The notes below the pieces were generated by a model. The model made no database searches. It worked only from the letters and a program-made list of their open reading frames with translations, and was not told the DNA's origin. From Pelomyxa schiedti (Eukaryota; Protista; Evosea): 53,656 nt of DNA. Below are positions 36,412-49,400 of this stretch, in pieces (position 1 is the stretch's first letter; every line of letters begins with the position of its first letter). Location of the stretch: contig JAHLWZ010000900.1 of the NCBI GenBank assembly GCA_020536535.1, positions 1 to 53,656 of the forward strand, given 5' to 3'. The translations under genes and the position numbers were made by a program.

Positions 36412-37674
36412 CTATGGGGTGTTGAAGAGCCGGAAATTGGTTGGGATGGAGGGGGGGGGAGGTGGTGTGATAGGTGTTGGTGGTTTGGTGGTTAAGGGTA
36501 CTTGGGTTCGGTGGTCTGACTGTGGGATGGAAGAAGTGTTGGCTATTGGGGATGGTTTGTTTTGGGTGGGGATAGTGGGAGAAGTGTATTGAGGCTGTGT
36601 TACTTGGATTGTGGTTGGCTGGGCAGTGTAATTAGATGGGGCTGGTGGCCCTGTGGTTTTTTGGTAATGGCGGAGGCGATCTTTGCGATCGGCTTCAGAT
36701 TGAAAAGGGCAGCGTTGTTCGTCATGGTTGTTGGCTGAACATCTGGTGCATTTAAGTTTTGGGATGTGCCAGTAGATGGTTTTCCCAGAGAGAAATGTGA
36801 AATCCTTGGCTAGGAGTAGGTACTCTTCTACTGTAAAGAAATTTGCATGCCATTCTCCAGTCCAGGAGACCTTGGTCTTGGGTTTAGTAGTTACTTGAAG
36901 TTGTGCACTTGGCAAAGTAGTTTGGGTGGTGTTAGTTGACTTCTCTGTCTTCCTTGATTTCCGGGTCATAAACTTATCATAGGTACCGAAAAAGTCCGGG
37001 CCCACTTCCTGAAGGAGATTAATATCTCCTTCGTCTGGTGGGTCTACAATGAAGGTGACGGGAATTGGTTCTGGGAGCTTCTCCACAAAGGAGTACCGTC
37101 TACCATCGATGGAAAGTTCGATGAGTTTGTCAAGTTGGGTTCCTGCCAGCTCAAAGGATAGGGTGAAATGGTTCCTTTTTGGCACAAATTGGCATATTTT
37201 AACGCAGATGGGGAGGTTGGCTTCTATGAAATCAATGATCATTTGGGCTGTGTCGATGTTTTGTCTTACATCCTGACCAGGGGGAGGTCGGGAGTAAAGA
37301 AAAACTGTTGGCCAAGTGGGGGTTAGTTGGCAGTGTAGACGCTGAGCTTGTTCGAGGGATCGGCCTGTTCGAGGTTGACAGTCTGCACAAATCTCTCCCC
37401 CCACCAAGTATGTCCTAGCAATGCGGGGCTGTTCTTGTACTGGTGGAGTAGCGATTTCAGTTGGGCTGGGAGTGGTAACAGCCGGTTGCCTTAAAGGTGC
37501 CCCCAACCCCCACAGACCCTCTGGAAAGGGTAACTCTGGGGTTGGAGTGATAGGTTGTGCGTGGTTGGTAATTGGGTCTCCTTGTCTTTGTTGTTGTGGT
37601 TGTTGTTTTCGTGTTATTGTTGAGAGTGTGTGTTGGAGGTCCCGCGAAGCCTGTCTCAGGCTTTTTGAGTTAGG
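36412..37674 (-). CDS. LINE ORF1 (nucleic-acid-binding, zinc knuckle)
   Basis: CTRCSANNHDEQRC (CX2CX4HX4C); frame open from 37674 without an N-terminal ATG; stop lies 60 nt upstream of ORF2. Confidence 0.7.
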   Translation of the reverse strand, partial: PNSKSLRQASRDLQHTLSTITRKQQPQQQRQGDPITNHAQPITPTPELPFPEGLWGLGAPLRQPAVTTPSPTEIATPPVQEQPRIARTYLVGGEICADCQPRTGRSLEQAQRLHCQLTPTWPTVFLYSRPPPGQDVRQNIDTAQMIIDFIEANLPICVKICQFVPKRNHFTLSFELAGTQLDKLIELSIDGRRYSFVEKLPEPIPVTFIVDPPDEGDINLLQEVGPDFFGTYDKFMTRKSRKTEKSTNTTQTTLPSAQLQVTTKPKTKVSWTGEWHANFFTVEEYLLLAKDFTFLSGKTIYWHIPKLKCTRCSANNHDEQRCPFQSEADRKDRLRHYQKTTGPPAPSNYTAQPTTIQVTQPQYTSPTIPTQNKPSPIANTSSIPQSDHRTQVPLTTKPPTPITPPPPPSIPTNFRLFNTP

Positions 37675-38277
37675 TTAAAGTTTACTAGGGGTGTAGGTAG
37701 TGTTTGTTTATTGTTTTCAGTTGTGTGGGCAATTGTTTGTCGTCTTCCGTCGCCACGCTCCGCTAACATGTCGGAAGCTAGTTACCGGAACCGAAATTTG
37801 CAATTGTTTTCAGTGGGTTGCACTTGCTGCACATCTACAATGTTCTGTGTGATTCAGTTCAGATTCACAGCCTGAGGGCTGGTACTCAGGTTGTTCCCCC
37901 ACATAAAAAGACAATCAAGAAAACTCCTGTCTGGTCTTTCAAATCATTTAGAATGTGTCCCCGAATGTTCATGCTTCTGAGATGGCATTTCTCCTCATGA
38001 GCATTGACTCAGATGCAGATCCTGGGCACTGTCACTGTTTTCCACTGACACCACAGCCAAATTTTTGCTCTCTTCTGATTGAAACAACCTTCTCTTGGTT
38101 GGTGCCCCGTAATTTCAAAGCTCACTCGTGGTGGGTGCCTGCCTAACGGGACCCAAATATGCCAGTCCGAATGTTCAAGAACATCCACAAAAGCACAACT
38201 TGTAATAACAACAAAGTTGATGAGACTAAATTTGACACCTAATCCACCAGCGGGAAAGTTAATTCCTGGACGGAATC

Positions 38278-41200
38278 ATGCAAACAGCCAAGGAGGCACT
38301 GTCACAGGCGGGGATCGATGTGAAACCACTTGATGACTTGCACTTCGATTTGGATCTGCCTCTGTCCGACGATTTCATTACGCAACTCGCTGAAAATCGC
38401 CAGTTCATGGACCCTTCGTACTACAACGCCGCATGCGACGTGGTGAAGCGTTGTCTTTCTGAAAAACAAACAGGAAATGACGATGATGAGTTGGGTCGGA
38501 AGTTGTCAGGTTCCCTTTCACTTGCCACATAATTTCCAAGTAACATTAAAAAAACCACACAACGTTTGGAGCGGTTTTGTTTAACGGCTCACAGATATTG
38601 GGATGAGTGATGCCTCAGATTCGCTGTGTGGAGCACTGAAGACTCTGGGAAAACCCTGGACGGTGGCGGCTCTGAGGGAGTTTCTTTCTCTGCCTGAAAT
38701 TCCACCTCCACTTTTGCTGGTTTTCAATTCCAAAAGAGGGTGGGTTCTGAAGCTTCGGCGGAGATTGGTTCCCATGATTGACCCTGGAGGAACTCCTTCA
38801 TCCGAAATGGACTCGTTTCCTATAAAGTTGACCGAGGCAGGATTCCAGGATTTGGAAGACCTCATTGGTTTAGCACCAGAGGACTATGACAGACTAACCT
38901 CTTCAGTGAAAGTTCCAAAGGGTAGCGCCATCAAAGTTTTGGAAAAAGCAAAGACTATCGTTAGATACAGAAATACAGTACAACCTTGCACTCTGGAACA
39001 GGTCACTGAAATCTATGGGTTGATCACCACCGTCAAAGAGGCACACAATGGAAACACCGTCAACAAGGTCACACTTGTATCAGAGAAGGTTGTGACTCTG
39101 ATCAACCTGATTTGCAGTGAGAGCTGTTCACCCAATGGTGACAGCATTGCCTTTGACAAACTGGATCACTTTGGCCTTGTAACCATTGGGCTTTTTGGTG
39201 ACTTGAAAATGGCAACTGACTTCCTGGTGCGAACTGGTGCTTTTCCTCAAGACAAGAAACTCCCTGAGAACAATGGTCGGGCAGAGATACATGCCTTCAC
39301 GACCCAATTTGTGGAAGGTTCTGAAATGAGAGGTAAGACAGTGATGATTCTTGTCTTTGTTCCAGGGAGAACAAGCTTTTCCAACGTTCAGGAGTCTGAT
39401 CCTGCGTGCCTCTTCTTGCGGTTTCTTTACAGTCTTTGTGACAGGATTTTCATGTGTTTGTCTGAGCCAATGCTCATTGAGCTCCAACAACAAAGAGGAG
39501 AAGCCGAAACAACAAGGGTTGTTGAATGTGAAGTTGAGAAGACATCAATCAACGAAGACAGGTGTGAGTTCCAGAAGGGCTTTGCTCAGAGCCTCAGCCT
39601 CCCATCATTGTCAGATTCAACTTGGACAATGATCCAAGGTGAAAACAGGGTTGCCTTTGTCTGTTGTGAGGAAATCGAAGAGAGCACAGTGAAGCACCCA
39701 CTCAAAGGCCGGATTACTCCCAGTGACTTTGCATCGCAGTTCAAGGATTTTGTGGATGGGAGGGAGCTGTGCACTGACACCCTCCCTTATCTTGACAAGT
39801 TGGCACTTCTTCGGTTGCTGAATCCCACTGCTGCCCAATCAGTCGAGAACGGAGCAATCAAGAATCTCCAGAGGGTTGCAAAGGAGCAAATTAAACTGAT
39901 TCTCGGGCAACACTTCAAGCACGAGTGGAAACTGTTGGATCTTGAAGCACCACGTTCACCAAGCGATTGTGGTGGCGACTTGAACCAAACGAGGCTGAGA
40001 AATACTGCTGAGACATACCTTTCAAAGACAACCTCAGTCGTTTTTCTCTTTGAGGAGTTTTGTATAAATAAAACCGAAAGTGAACTCCGTGATTTCTTGA
40101 GTCTCACAGAACATGAAATGAAGCAGAGAATCATTCAATTTGCGAGCGATCCACCAAGACCCCACGTTCCACTTTCCACTTTTTCGTCCTTGGTGGTTGA
40201 GCAACACTTCATCTCGGAAATCAGTTCCACTTTGAAAAAGATATTTCAGAGCCAGTGCAAAGAAATCATCAAAGAAATACAAGCCTCTGTGTGCAGCAAC
40301 CCTGATGAATTTTGCTGTGGGTCATCATTCTCTTCGGTGCTGTGCACTGAAATTCACAAAGAAACTCCACACACAAAGCCTGAAAAATTTATCCTGGCAA
40401 AGCTCCAGCTACCAGGTGGCAAGGGAGACTCAAGTGTCACCGTTACCGTGGATGTGGCTAGAAACCTTCCGCGACACATTAAGTTCACAGTTGTGGAACT
40501 AAATTTGGAGATAACCACTGATGGGCGTTCCAATGTCACTCTCACACCTCCCTTTTGCTTTGACTCAGCTATATGCTCCCTCTCTGGTCGTTTCCTGTTG
40601 CCTGGAAGCAATGTGATGGTTGTTGGTGCTGAAGCTGCCAACCCTTCAAATTATCTCATCTGCATACACGGAGAGGGTACATGCTCTACAAGTTGGAAAC
40701 TGCCACAGAAAGGTAGTGTTTCACAAGTCAACTTTTGTGCAACAACGAGAATGCTGGTGCTGGTGATGAATTACACTTCACCCAATTCCAGTATTCATGC
40801 TCTGAAATTCAACGACTCATACTCAAAATTTTACAACCTGGGCAGTTTTCCGCTTGACAATAATTCCGCTCTTGCGAGTGTGAATGGAATTTTCCCAGTT
40901 CCAGAAGGGCAAAAGGTTGTTGTGACATTCCCAACAGTGGCCAAGCTCTTTGACTTTGAGCACAGAGTTATTTCAGATTTGCCACATTTTGATGGACCTG
41001 CACTTTTCCTCGGTCCAGAGTTCTTCGTCACTGTGAGGCCATCCCGTCCCGCCGTTGCAGGAACACCTGATGAGAGGGAGTTGTGTGTTGTTTCTGTGAG
41101 GAGTTGCCTGCAACCCTCCAAAGACCAGAACTGGGAAACAAACCTCCTGAACTCACACCTGTTGCCATCAACACTTCTGGCAAATTTTCAGTTTGGGGAC

Positions 41201-44200
41201 CAGGCACCAGAATCCCATTTGGTTCAATTCAACCCCACCACTGGTCACGTTTCCTCTGTTGTTTTGTTGGCTGCAATGAAGCAGACAAATTTCTCACTTC
41301 AGATGACCTCACAACCCACTCACTCTTCATGTTCGCCATTGGATTATTTGCGTATCATGTTCGACAAGTTCCCAGCAGCAGCCGTTTGTGATACAGAAAT
41401 GGAGGAGAAAAAAAAAACGCACAAGTTGACGGTTGTGGTGCCATCAGCAACACCCGAAGCAAAGAGACTGATGTCCAAGCGTCTTGAAGAATATAAAGCT
41501 AACCTTGTCGGTGTCTTCAAAATACTTGGCACAGCTGACAAGTTCTTCATGGAACATGTGACTTGCAGCATTGATCAAGGATGGTTTGAGACGGAACCAC
41601 TCCAACCAACAGGGTTTGGAACGTGGCTGAAAACACTCATTTCACTCGTTCCCGTTCAAATTGCACGTGTTGACAACAACTGTTTGGTGTTGTGCAACAA
41701 CAAGAGTTCTTCACAGGGAAATGATACGATTCAATTCGCAAAAACCCAGCACAGTGTTGCAGAAGGAATTTCATTTGGACTCCTCGACGCTATTTTCTCA
41801 TCATGTTTCAACAAACCAGTTCTTGTTGTCACATCGATGGGAAAACAGAGCACAGGGAAGAGTTACACTCTCAACCACCTCTTGGGTGTTCTCTTTGACA
41901 TCTCTGGTGGGAGGTGCACTGATGGTTGTTGGATGAGTATCCGTGAGAAGACTGACTGCCTGATTGTGGCACTGGATTTTGAGGGTCTTTGCTCTCTGGA
42001 GCGTTTTGAGCAAGAGGACGTTCTCCTTTCTGTGCTGAATGCCTCGATTTCCAACATGACACTTTTCAAGATAGGATTTAGCATCGACCGGGAAACGGAA
42101 AAAATGTTCAGGAACTTCCAAGAGGGTGTTGGAATGTTGAAAGGGGATGACAAACTCTTCAAGGGTTGTTTCACTCTCATGGTAAAAGATGTCCCTGTGA
42201 GGGACTTTCAGTCTTTACCTTTGGAACTCAAGACCAAGTTGCATGGAATTGTGGAAACAAATCAGGGAGAAAGCTTTCTTTCTCAAATGTTTATAGGGAA
42301 AATCAAAATGATTTTGTGTCCTCCACTTGGAACTCCTGGCTACAACGACAGCCTGAAGGAGTGCACCAAAATTCTACAGAAACAGATACCACAGTTCCAC
42401 AGGGGAATAGAATTCTCCTCAAAGCTCAAGCTGATTCTCGCAAAGTTGCACTTGAAAGATTGGTCTTCCCTCCAGGGACAAGACATGGTGATTATGATTC
42501 GAATGCTCCAAGAACAACTCCCTTTGGCCGTGAATTATGGTGAGTCACCCATGAGTCACCACAGGGGACTGGTGAATCTGTCAACTGGGGAAGTTGTTCC
42601 CCGCTCGGAATCAGTCACGATCTCCAGCACTAATATTCCCATTCCAAACTTGTCTCTCCTGGCTAATTGCCAGGCAGATGTAACGAGGCTCAGGGACGAG
42701 TTCAAGTCTCGTTTTGAGAAATTCTTCCCATCACCAAAGCAGTCAGAGTTCGTTTCATGGCGTAACCAGTTCAGGGAGTTTGTACACAAAGTAATTGAGA
42801 GCCGGAAGAAGCATGTGAATGATTGGGTCTGTTCAAACATAGAAGCATCATGTAAAACACCCCCTGAACCCTTTTTAAAGATTGTTGAATGTTCATTGCA
42901 AAAACTGGATGGACTTGAAGTTTGTGTAGGCACTTGTGCTGAGTGCAACTTGCGGTGTTTACTTCTACAGGCGCACTCAGGGCAACACAATTGCAACGGA
43001 TCTCACAAGTGTGAAGGTGAGTGCACTTATTGCAGATCCGCAGGCACATGTGCCTATAAGGCTGGCCACAATGGCCCTCATCAATGTGGAAGGGGCCATG
43101 CATGCAACAAGGGCTGCACTCTCTCAGGCAAAACAGGTTGCAACATATTGTGCTCCCTTATTGTCAATCATGACGGTCCATGCATGTGCAATTCACGGCA
43201 CCAGTGCGGTGAGAAATGCAATGCTCGGGCGTCAAAAGAACCCTGTGGTGGGATGTGCACGCTCCCTTGTGACGATCATCAAAAACACAACTGTGGAAGT
43301 GGGCACTGCCTGCACGGTTGCAGTTTCCCAAAGTGCACAACTTCATGTGCATCTACTGACCATTTTCACGGCGACGAAGCACCAGATTCACCTTTCCTGC
43401 ACGACTGTGGCAAAGAGCACGCCTGCCCCTCAGACTGTGAGATGCCCGGCTGGTGCGAGGTTCTGTACTTTGAGAAGGAAAAAGTTTCATTCAAGGGGCG
43501 CAGGCAAACTTTTGATTACGAGAGGAGGACTCTGCCTATACCAAAAAAGCTCCCTTGTTGTCAAACAGTTCCAGCAGGACAACGGGCGCACATAGGTAGT
43601 CACAGTTGCAACAAAAACCCTCATCGTTGCCAACAGTTGTGCCCAACCTGTGGTTATGTTTGTGAACTCGAATTTGGGCACCCTGACGAGCATCATGCAA
43701 AGCATGGAAATATGATCAAAACTCAGTTTGTTTCATGTGGCAAAAATATTGACCTCTCTGGGCGGTTGTATGAAGCTGGTGAACCAGGGCTTGCAGAGTC
43801 CTGCAGTTCATTCTGCAACAAACTCGGCAGGCACATTCACATTCTACCCTGTGAAAGACCAGGCAGTACCACCGGTGCTCACACAGGGGAAAGAGGCAGA
43901 AGGCACGCCACTGCAAAGTACTTGCCAGATCCAGAAACTCCCAGGGATGAGCTCACCCACGAAGGGTATTGGCATGCAATTGGCTTCCGCGATCCTTGCA
44001 TAGCTGACAACCGGGAGATTTTCAAATTGTGTAACTTCGAGTGTGGTGAAAACCACAGGGATGAGGGAAGATGTAAGTGCATGCTTCCTCTGTGGCATGA
44101 AAATTGTGCCTTACAAGTCAATGAGCAAAAAAAATTTGAAAGTGGAAAGCCAGATACCGGATATGCATCATCAGATGGTCACATATTCCCCAAGAAGCAT

Positions 44201-45018
44201 GGACCCCCAGAAAACATTCACATCGTTTTCTGCCTCGACGCCTCCACATCCATGTTGAGACGCAACAGGTGGCAAACTCTTGTGAGAGGTGTTGAACGGT
44301 TCATTTCTTCCAGAAATAGACCAGGGGATCTTTACAGCATTGTCTTGTTCTCTGGTGAGGGAACCGTTCGCTGTGACATGAAGTCGCCTCTCGACGCGAA
44401 AGCTATAATTGCCACGTTGCCCACATTTGGGCGAGACACGAAATTTTCAAGTGGTCTGTCAGTTGCATATCGTCAGCTAATGAAGACGAGATGGTGTGGC
44501 TTGTTCTCTTTTGCCATTGTTCACCAAAAACAAAAAGGGATGAGTACCGTGTTGCTCTCATATTTATGTCGGATGGAGAGGATGAGAACTCAGAATGGGA
44601 AAGCAGCATGCTGAACATCAAGCAGCTTGCAGAGCAAAAACCAAATGCGCTTTTAACTTTCGTGATTGGAATCGGCAATGGCTTCAACACCAAAAAGCTT
44701 CAAAGTGTTGCCACAGTTGGGAACGCACGGTTCCTCGCTGTTGACGCCGTGTGTGAAAATCTGGAAACAGTGTTGCAGAGGGTCGACTCCAACGTCAACC
44801 AACTAGTTGCTTTGATGGAACAGCCAGCACACATGGAGGCCACATCTGCATCTAGATCCACATCCAAATCCACAAGTTCATCCTCATCCGCATCCGCATC
44901 CGCATCCTCCTCTTCCTCGTCCTCATCCTTGTTCTCATCCACATCCACATCCACATCCACATCCACATCCACATCCACATCCACATCCACAGCCACATCT
45001 GATGGTGCTGCCTCATGA
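38278..45018 (+). CDS. Giant VLIG/GBP-superfamily GTPase paralog 4, apparently intact (~2203 aa): SAM-like / beta-rich / GTPase / helical / Cys-His-rich / VWA / Ser-Thr tail
   Basis: Exons 38278-38509, 38595-44493 and 44538-45018 sum to 6612 nt in frame. GKQSTGKS, GGRCTDG, DFEG; VWA with intact MIDAS DASTS, then DTKFSSGL and LIFMSDG. Confidence 0.9.
44941..44988 (+). repeat. (ACATCC) x8 coding microsatellite (Thr-Ser repeat)
   Basis: Read directly; lies in the last exon of paralog 4. Confidence 0.95.
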
Positions 45019-46199
45019 CATGATGTGCTGGTTTTTGTTTTACTTGTGTAGTAAGTGAATAAGAAGCCGAATACAAACACAAGAGTTTATTGGATATTAC
45101 TTGGATAACTACCAATGGTGTTGTCCTTGACTAGAAGAGATAGAGATTCTGTGGATGTCGTTGTTCGGGATTTTTTCCAATAAGCTCGTACGGTTTTGCG
45201 TTTAGCGTTTGGCAAAAGGGGATGGCAGCGGTCCACAAATTAACTTGTGATGTAAGAACTGTGGGGTGAATGGCTAACGAAACCAAACTGCATGATTAGA
45301 AGTTCAGCCCTCAAGTGCTGTTAACAAATGAAGGGTGAAATGGAAAAAAAAGATAATAAGCAGAGCTCTGTGAGATATCATCAGATAGATTGGGGTAAGA
45401 AGTCGACACTTACCTCAAGAATCTTCAATAGGAGGGACAACAACATAACAAATACATGTTCAGAGTGAATCCTGAGGAAGAACACCTGTGGTTCAGGTTA
45501 CTCCGTGTCAGACGATTTCTGGAAGCAGAAAGAAGCCCAAATTGAAGGCTATATCTACCTTGGGGATAAGATACCATCGTCTTGCATAAGACAGTCCTAT
45601 TCAAGTGGATTGAGCTATTGCTGAGATTCGTTACCAATCATGACAAGCGGCATTGACTGAACCACGAGGACAATATGCTGCTGCTGTCGTTTTTCTGCGC
45701 AGTTCCGTGCTTTGGAAAACAGGTGGAATAACTTATGTAAATCGACCCACAAGCATTATAGTCCCAAGCAGTATTCAATGGAAAAGGGTATTGGTTTCAA
45801 TCCTTGATCAGAAGCAGGAAAAGAAATTCAATTATAGAAATAAGAACGTGAAGAATTATGGAGGATGGCCTATCTTTGGCAGAGAATCATCCTGTGATAT
45901 AGCCTACCTCGATAGAAATGAGCAAAGGCATCAGAAGTGACCTGCAATTGCCTGAACACAGGCAAATTTTGGAGAGAGGGAAAAAAAAGCCATTGCACTC
46001 AACAATTCCACAGAGTCATAGGTTAAGCCTTTCGTGGGAATGGCCGCGACTCGACCAACGTCTGACCTTTGAGAGACTAATAATTGTTCAACCGGCAACC
46101 GCGTGATTCGGCCCTCTTGAAAGGTCACAGGTGCGGCATCATAATCCACAACAGCCTCGTTTAATAGAGCATTCCCTGCTCGCATACGGAAGCCGCTGC

Positions 46200-46300
46200 C
46201 GCGATCGAAGAACGATGTCAAACCACTTGAGGAACCGGGACTTCGACTTGGACGTCACCCCCTTCGTCCACGCAGGAAGCGGCAGTAGCCTAAGTTCAGG
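46200..46300 (+). pseudogene. Degenerate relic of family exon 1
   Basis: cgatgtcaaaccacttga..ggacttcgacttggacgt..gcaggaagcggc..tcaggt matches exon 1 of paralogs 3 and 5 in collapsed form. Confidence 0.65.
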
Positions 46301-46453
46301 TAAAAACCCTTGGACATCCGTGAGAGTTCCAGTTCCACAGTGAAGTGCAAAAACACTTGCACAATCAAAGGCAGATGTCTCATGTCTGAGGTATCATTCC
46401 GAGGTATGATAACAAGTGGGGAACAAAAAAACCAGGTCAATAAGGGGAAAAAA

Positions 46454-49400
46454 ATGCAGACGGTTCGGGAGGCACTGTCGCGAGCGAAGATCGATGTGAA
46501 ACCACTTGATGACCTGGACTTCGACTTGGATCTGCCTCTGTCCGACGAACTAATCACGCAACTCGCTGACGCTTGCGAGTATGTGGACGCTTCGTATTAC
46601 GGCACCGTCTACCGCGTGGCGGTGAGCTACCTTGTCGAAACACAAGCAGGAAGCGGCGATGAACAGTTGAGGCAGAAGTTGTCAGGTTCCCTTTCACTTG
46701 CCACTAACTACCCCACAGCATTTAGGGCCTTCTCCAAACCTTTAGAATTGAAATATGAAACAGAAATTGGGATGAGTTGTGCCACAGACTCGTTGTGCCG
46801 AGCATTGAGGACACTGGAAAGGTCCTGCACAGTGGCAGCGCTGAGAGAACTTCTTTCTCTGCCTGAAATTCCACCTCCACTTTCGCAGGTTTTCAATTCC
46901 AAAGTTGGATGGCTTCTGAAGCTTCAGCGGAGATTCCTCCCCAGGGTCGACCCAGGAGGAACTCCTTCATCCAGAATAGATTCATTTCCAGGGAGGCTAA
47001 CCGAGGCAAGATTCCAGGATTTGGAAGACCTCGTTGGTTTGGATTCTGGTGACTTTCAAAGACTCACAGCATCACTGAAAATTCCAAAGGGAAGTGCATA
47101 CAAAGTACTGCAGCAAGCAAAGGCCCTTGTTGGAGAGGGAAAAAAAGTGCTGTACCACACACTGGAAAATGCATCTGGAATCTACAGCTTGATCACCACT
47201 GTCAAAGAGGCACAGAACGGAAACGTGGTGAATAAGGTCGCTCTTATCCCACAGAAGGTTGTTACTCTGATCAACCTGATTCGCCGTGGCAGCTGTTCAC
47301 CCAGTGGTGACAGTATTGCTTATCCTCGTGTTTGTTCCAGGGAGCACAAGCTTTTCCAACGTTCAGGAGTCTGATCCTGCGTGCCTCTTCTTGCGGTTTC
47401 TTTACAGTCTCTGTGACAGGATTTTCATGTGCTTGTCTGAGCCAATGCTCGCTGAACTCCAAAACGAAACAGGAGAAGCTGAAACAACAAGGGTTGTTGA
47501 ATGTGAAGTCGAGACGCCATCAATACAAGATAGGTGTGAGTTCGAGAAAGGGTTCGCTCAGAACCTCAGCCTCCCACCGTCAGATTCGCCTTGGAAAATG
47601 ATCCAATGTGATAACAGTGTTGGTTTTGTCTGTTGTGAGGAAATCAATGAGAGCACGCTTGTTTCCCCTATTAGAGGCCAGATCCCTGCCTATTACTTCG
47701 CGCCCTATTTCAAGGATTTGTTGCACGGTAAGGAGCTGTGCACTGACACCCTCCGTTATCATGACAAGTTGGCACTCCTTCGATTGCTGAATCCCACTGC
47801 TGCTCAATCAGTTGAAGATGGGAACAAGGGTTCAATCGAAACTCTTCAGAGGGTTGCAAAGGAACGAATTAAACTGATGCTTTCACAACACTTCAGGCAT
47901 GAGTGGGACCTATTGCAACTTGAAGCACCCCGTTCACCAAGTGATTGTTGTGCCGACCTGGATCAATCCAGGCTCACAAATATTGCAGAGACCTGCCTTT
48001 CCAAGACGACGTCTGTTATTTTTCTCTTTGAGGAGTTTTGCCCGCAAAAAACGCCAAGTGAACTCCGCGATTTCTTGAATCTCACAGAACAGGAAATGAA
48101 GCAAAGAATCATTCAATTTGGGAGTGATCCACCAAGACACCACGTGACACTTTCCACTCTTTCGTCATTGGGGTTCGAGCCACACTTCGCCTCGGAAATC
48201 ACTTTCACTTTGAAAGGGAGATTTAAGAGTCAGTGTAAATCACTTGCCACGGAAATACAAGCTGCTGCGTGCAGCAATCCCGATGAAATCTGCTGTGGGG
48301 CATCATTTTCTTTGGAGCTGGACACTGCGATTCGCAAAGAAACTCCACACACAGAGCCGGGAAAGGTGATCCTTACAATGTTCCAGCAGTCAACTGACAA
48401 GGCCAACCCACTTGTTAGTTTTCAGTGTAAGATGGCTAGAAAAGTTCCACGACACTTGAAGTTCACAGTTGTGAAACTAAATTTGGAGAAGATAACTGAT
48501 GGGCGTTCTTATGTCACTCTGGCGCCTCCTTTTTGTTTTGATTTGGAAGTGGCCACTGTTCTTGGTTGTTTCCTCTTGTCTGAAGGCAAGGTGATGGTTT
48601 TTGGTGCTGATACTGCAGACCCTCCTTCAAATTACCTCATCTCTGTTCACCGAGAGGACACATGCTCCCTCAGTTGGAAACTGCCAAAGAAAGGTTGCAT
48701 TTCCCATGTAAACTTTTGTGGAGCCACGAGAATGCTGGTGATGTGATACTCTTCACCTGTTTCCAGTGTCTGTGCTCTGAAATTCAACGACTCATACTCC
48801 AAATATGACAACCTGGGCAGTTTCTCACTTGCTGACGATGGCGATCTTGCGAGTGTGAAGGGAATTTTCCCAGTTCCAAAAGGGCAAAAGGTTGTTGTTA
48901 CATTCCCAAAAGTGGCCAAGCTCTTTGACTTTGAGACCAGAATTATATCAGAGTTGCCACAATTTGATGGTCCTGCACTTTTCCTCGGTCCGGAGTTCTT
49001 TGTCACCCTGAAGCCATCACTCCCTGTTATTTCCGGAACACCTGTTAAGTCATGCGTTGTCTCTGTGAGGAGTTGCCTGCAACCCTCTAAAGTTCAGCAC
49101 TGGGAAACAAATCTTCTGAACTCACACCTGCTGCCATCAACACTTCTGGCAAACTTTCCTGCTGGAGTTACATTTGGCACAATATCACCCAACTACTGGT
49201 CACTTTTCCACAGTGGTTTTGTGTGATGAGATGAAACAGACAAAGTTCTCACTTCAGATGGCCTCGCCACCAACTCGCCCTTTGTGCTCGCCATTGCATT
49301 ACCTGCATCTTATGTTTGACAAGTTCCCATGGGAGGACTTTTGTGGTGTGGAAGTGGAGGAGAAAACACACAAGTTGACTGTTGTGGTGCCATCAGCAAC

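Larger units (their letters stand above)
33600..37700 (-). mobile_element. Decayed non-LTR retrotransposon (APE-type LINE, L1/Tx1-like); boundaries approximate
   Basis: ORF1 with CCHC knuckle, ORF2 with endonuclease and RT motifs, downstream fragment VLAYADDI (~34520-34550), then degenerate ORF2 remnants. Confidence 0.88.

Noticed and set aside
44494-44614. End of the 2003-aa ORF as the real C-terminus of paralog 4
   Set aside because: This is read-through of a 44-nt intron; splicing restores the VWA LIFMSDG exon.
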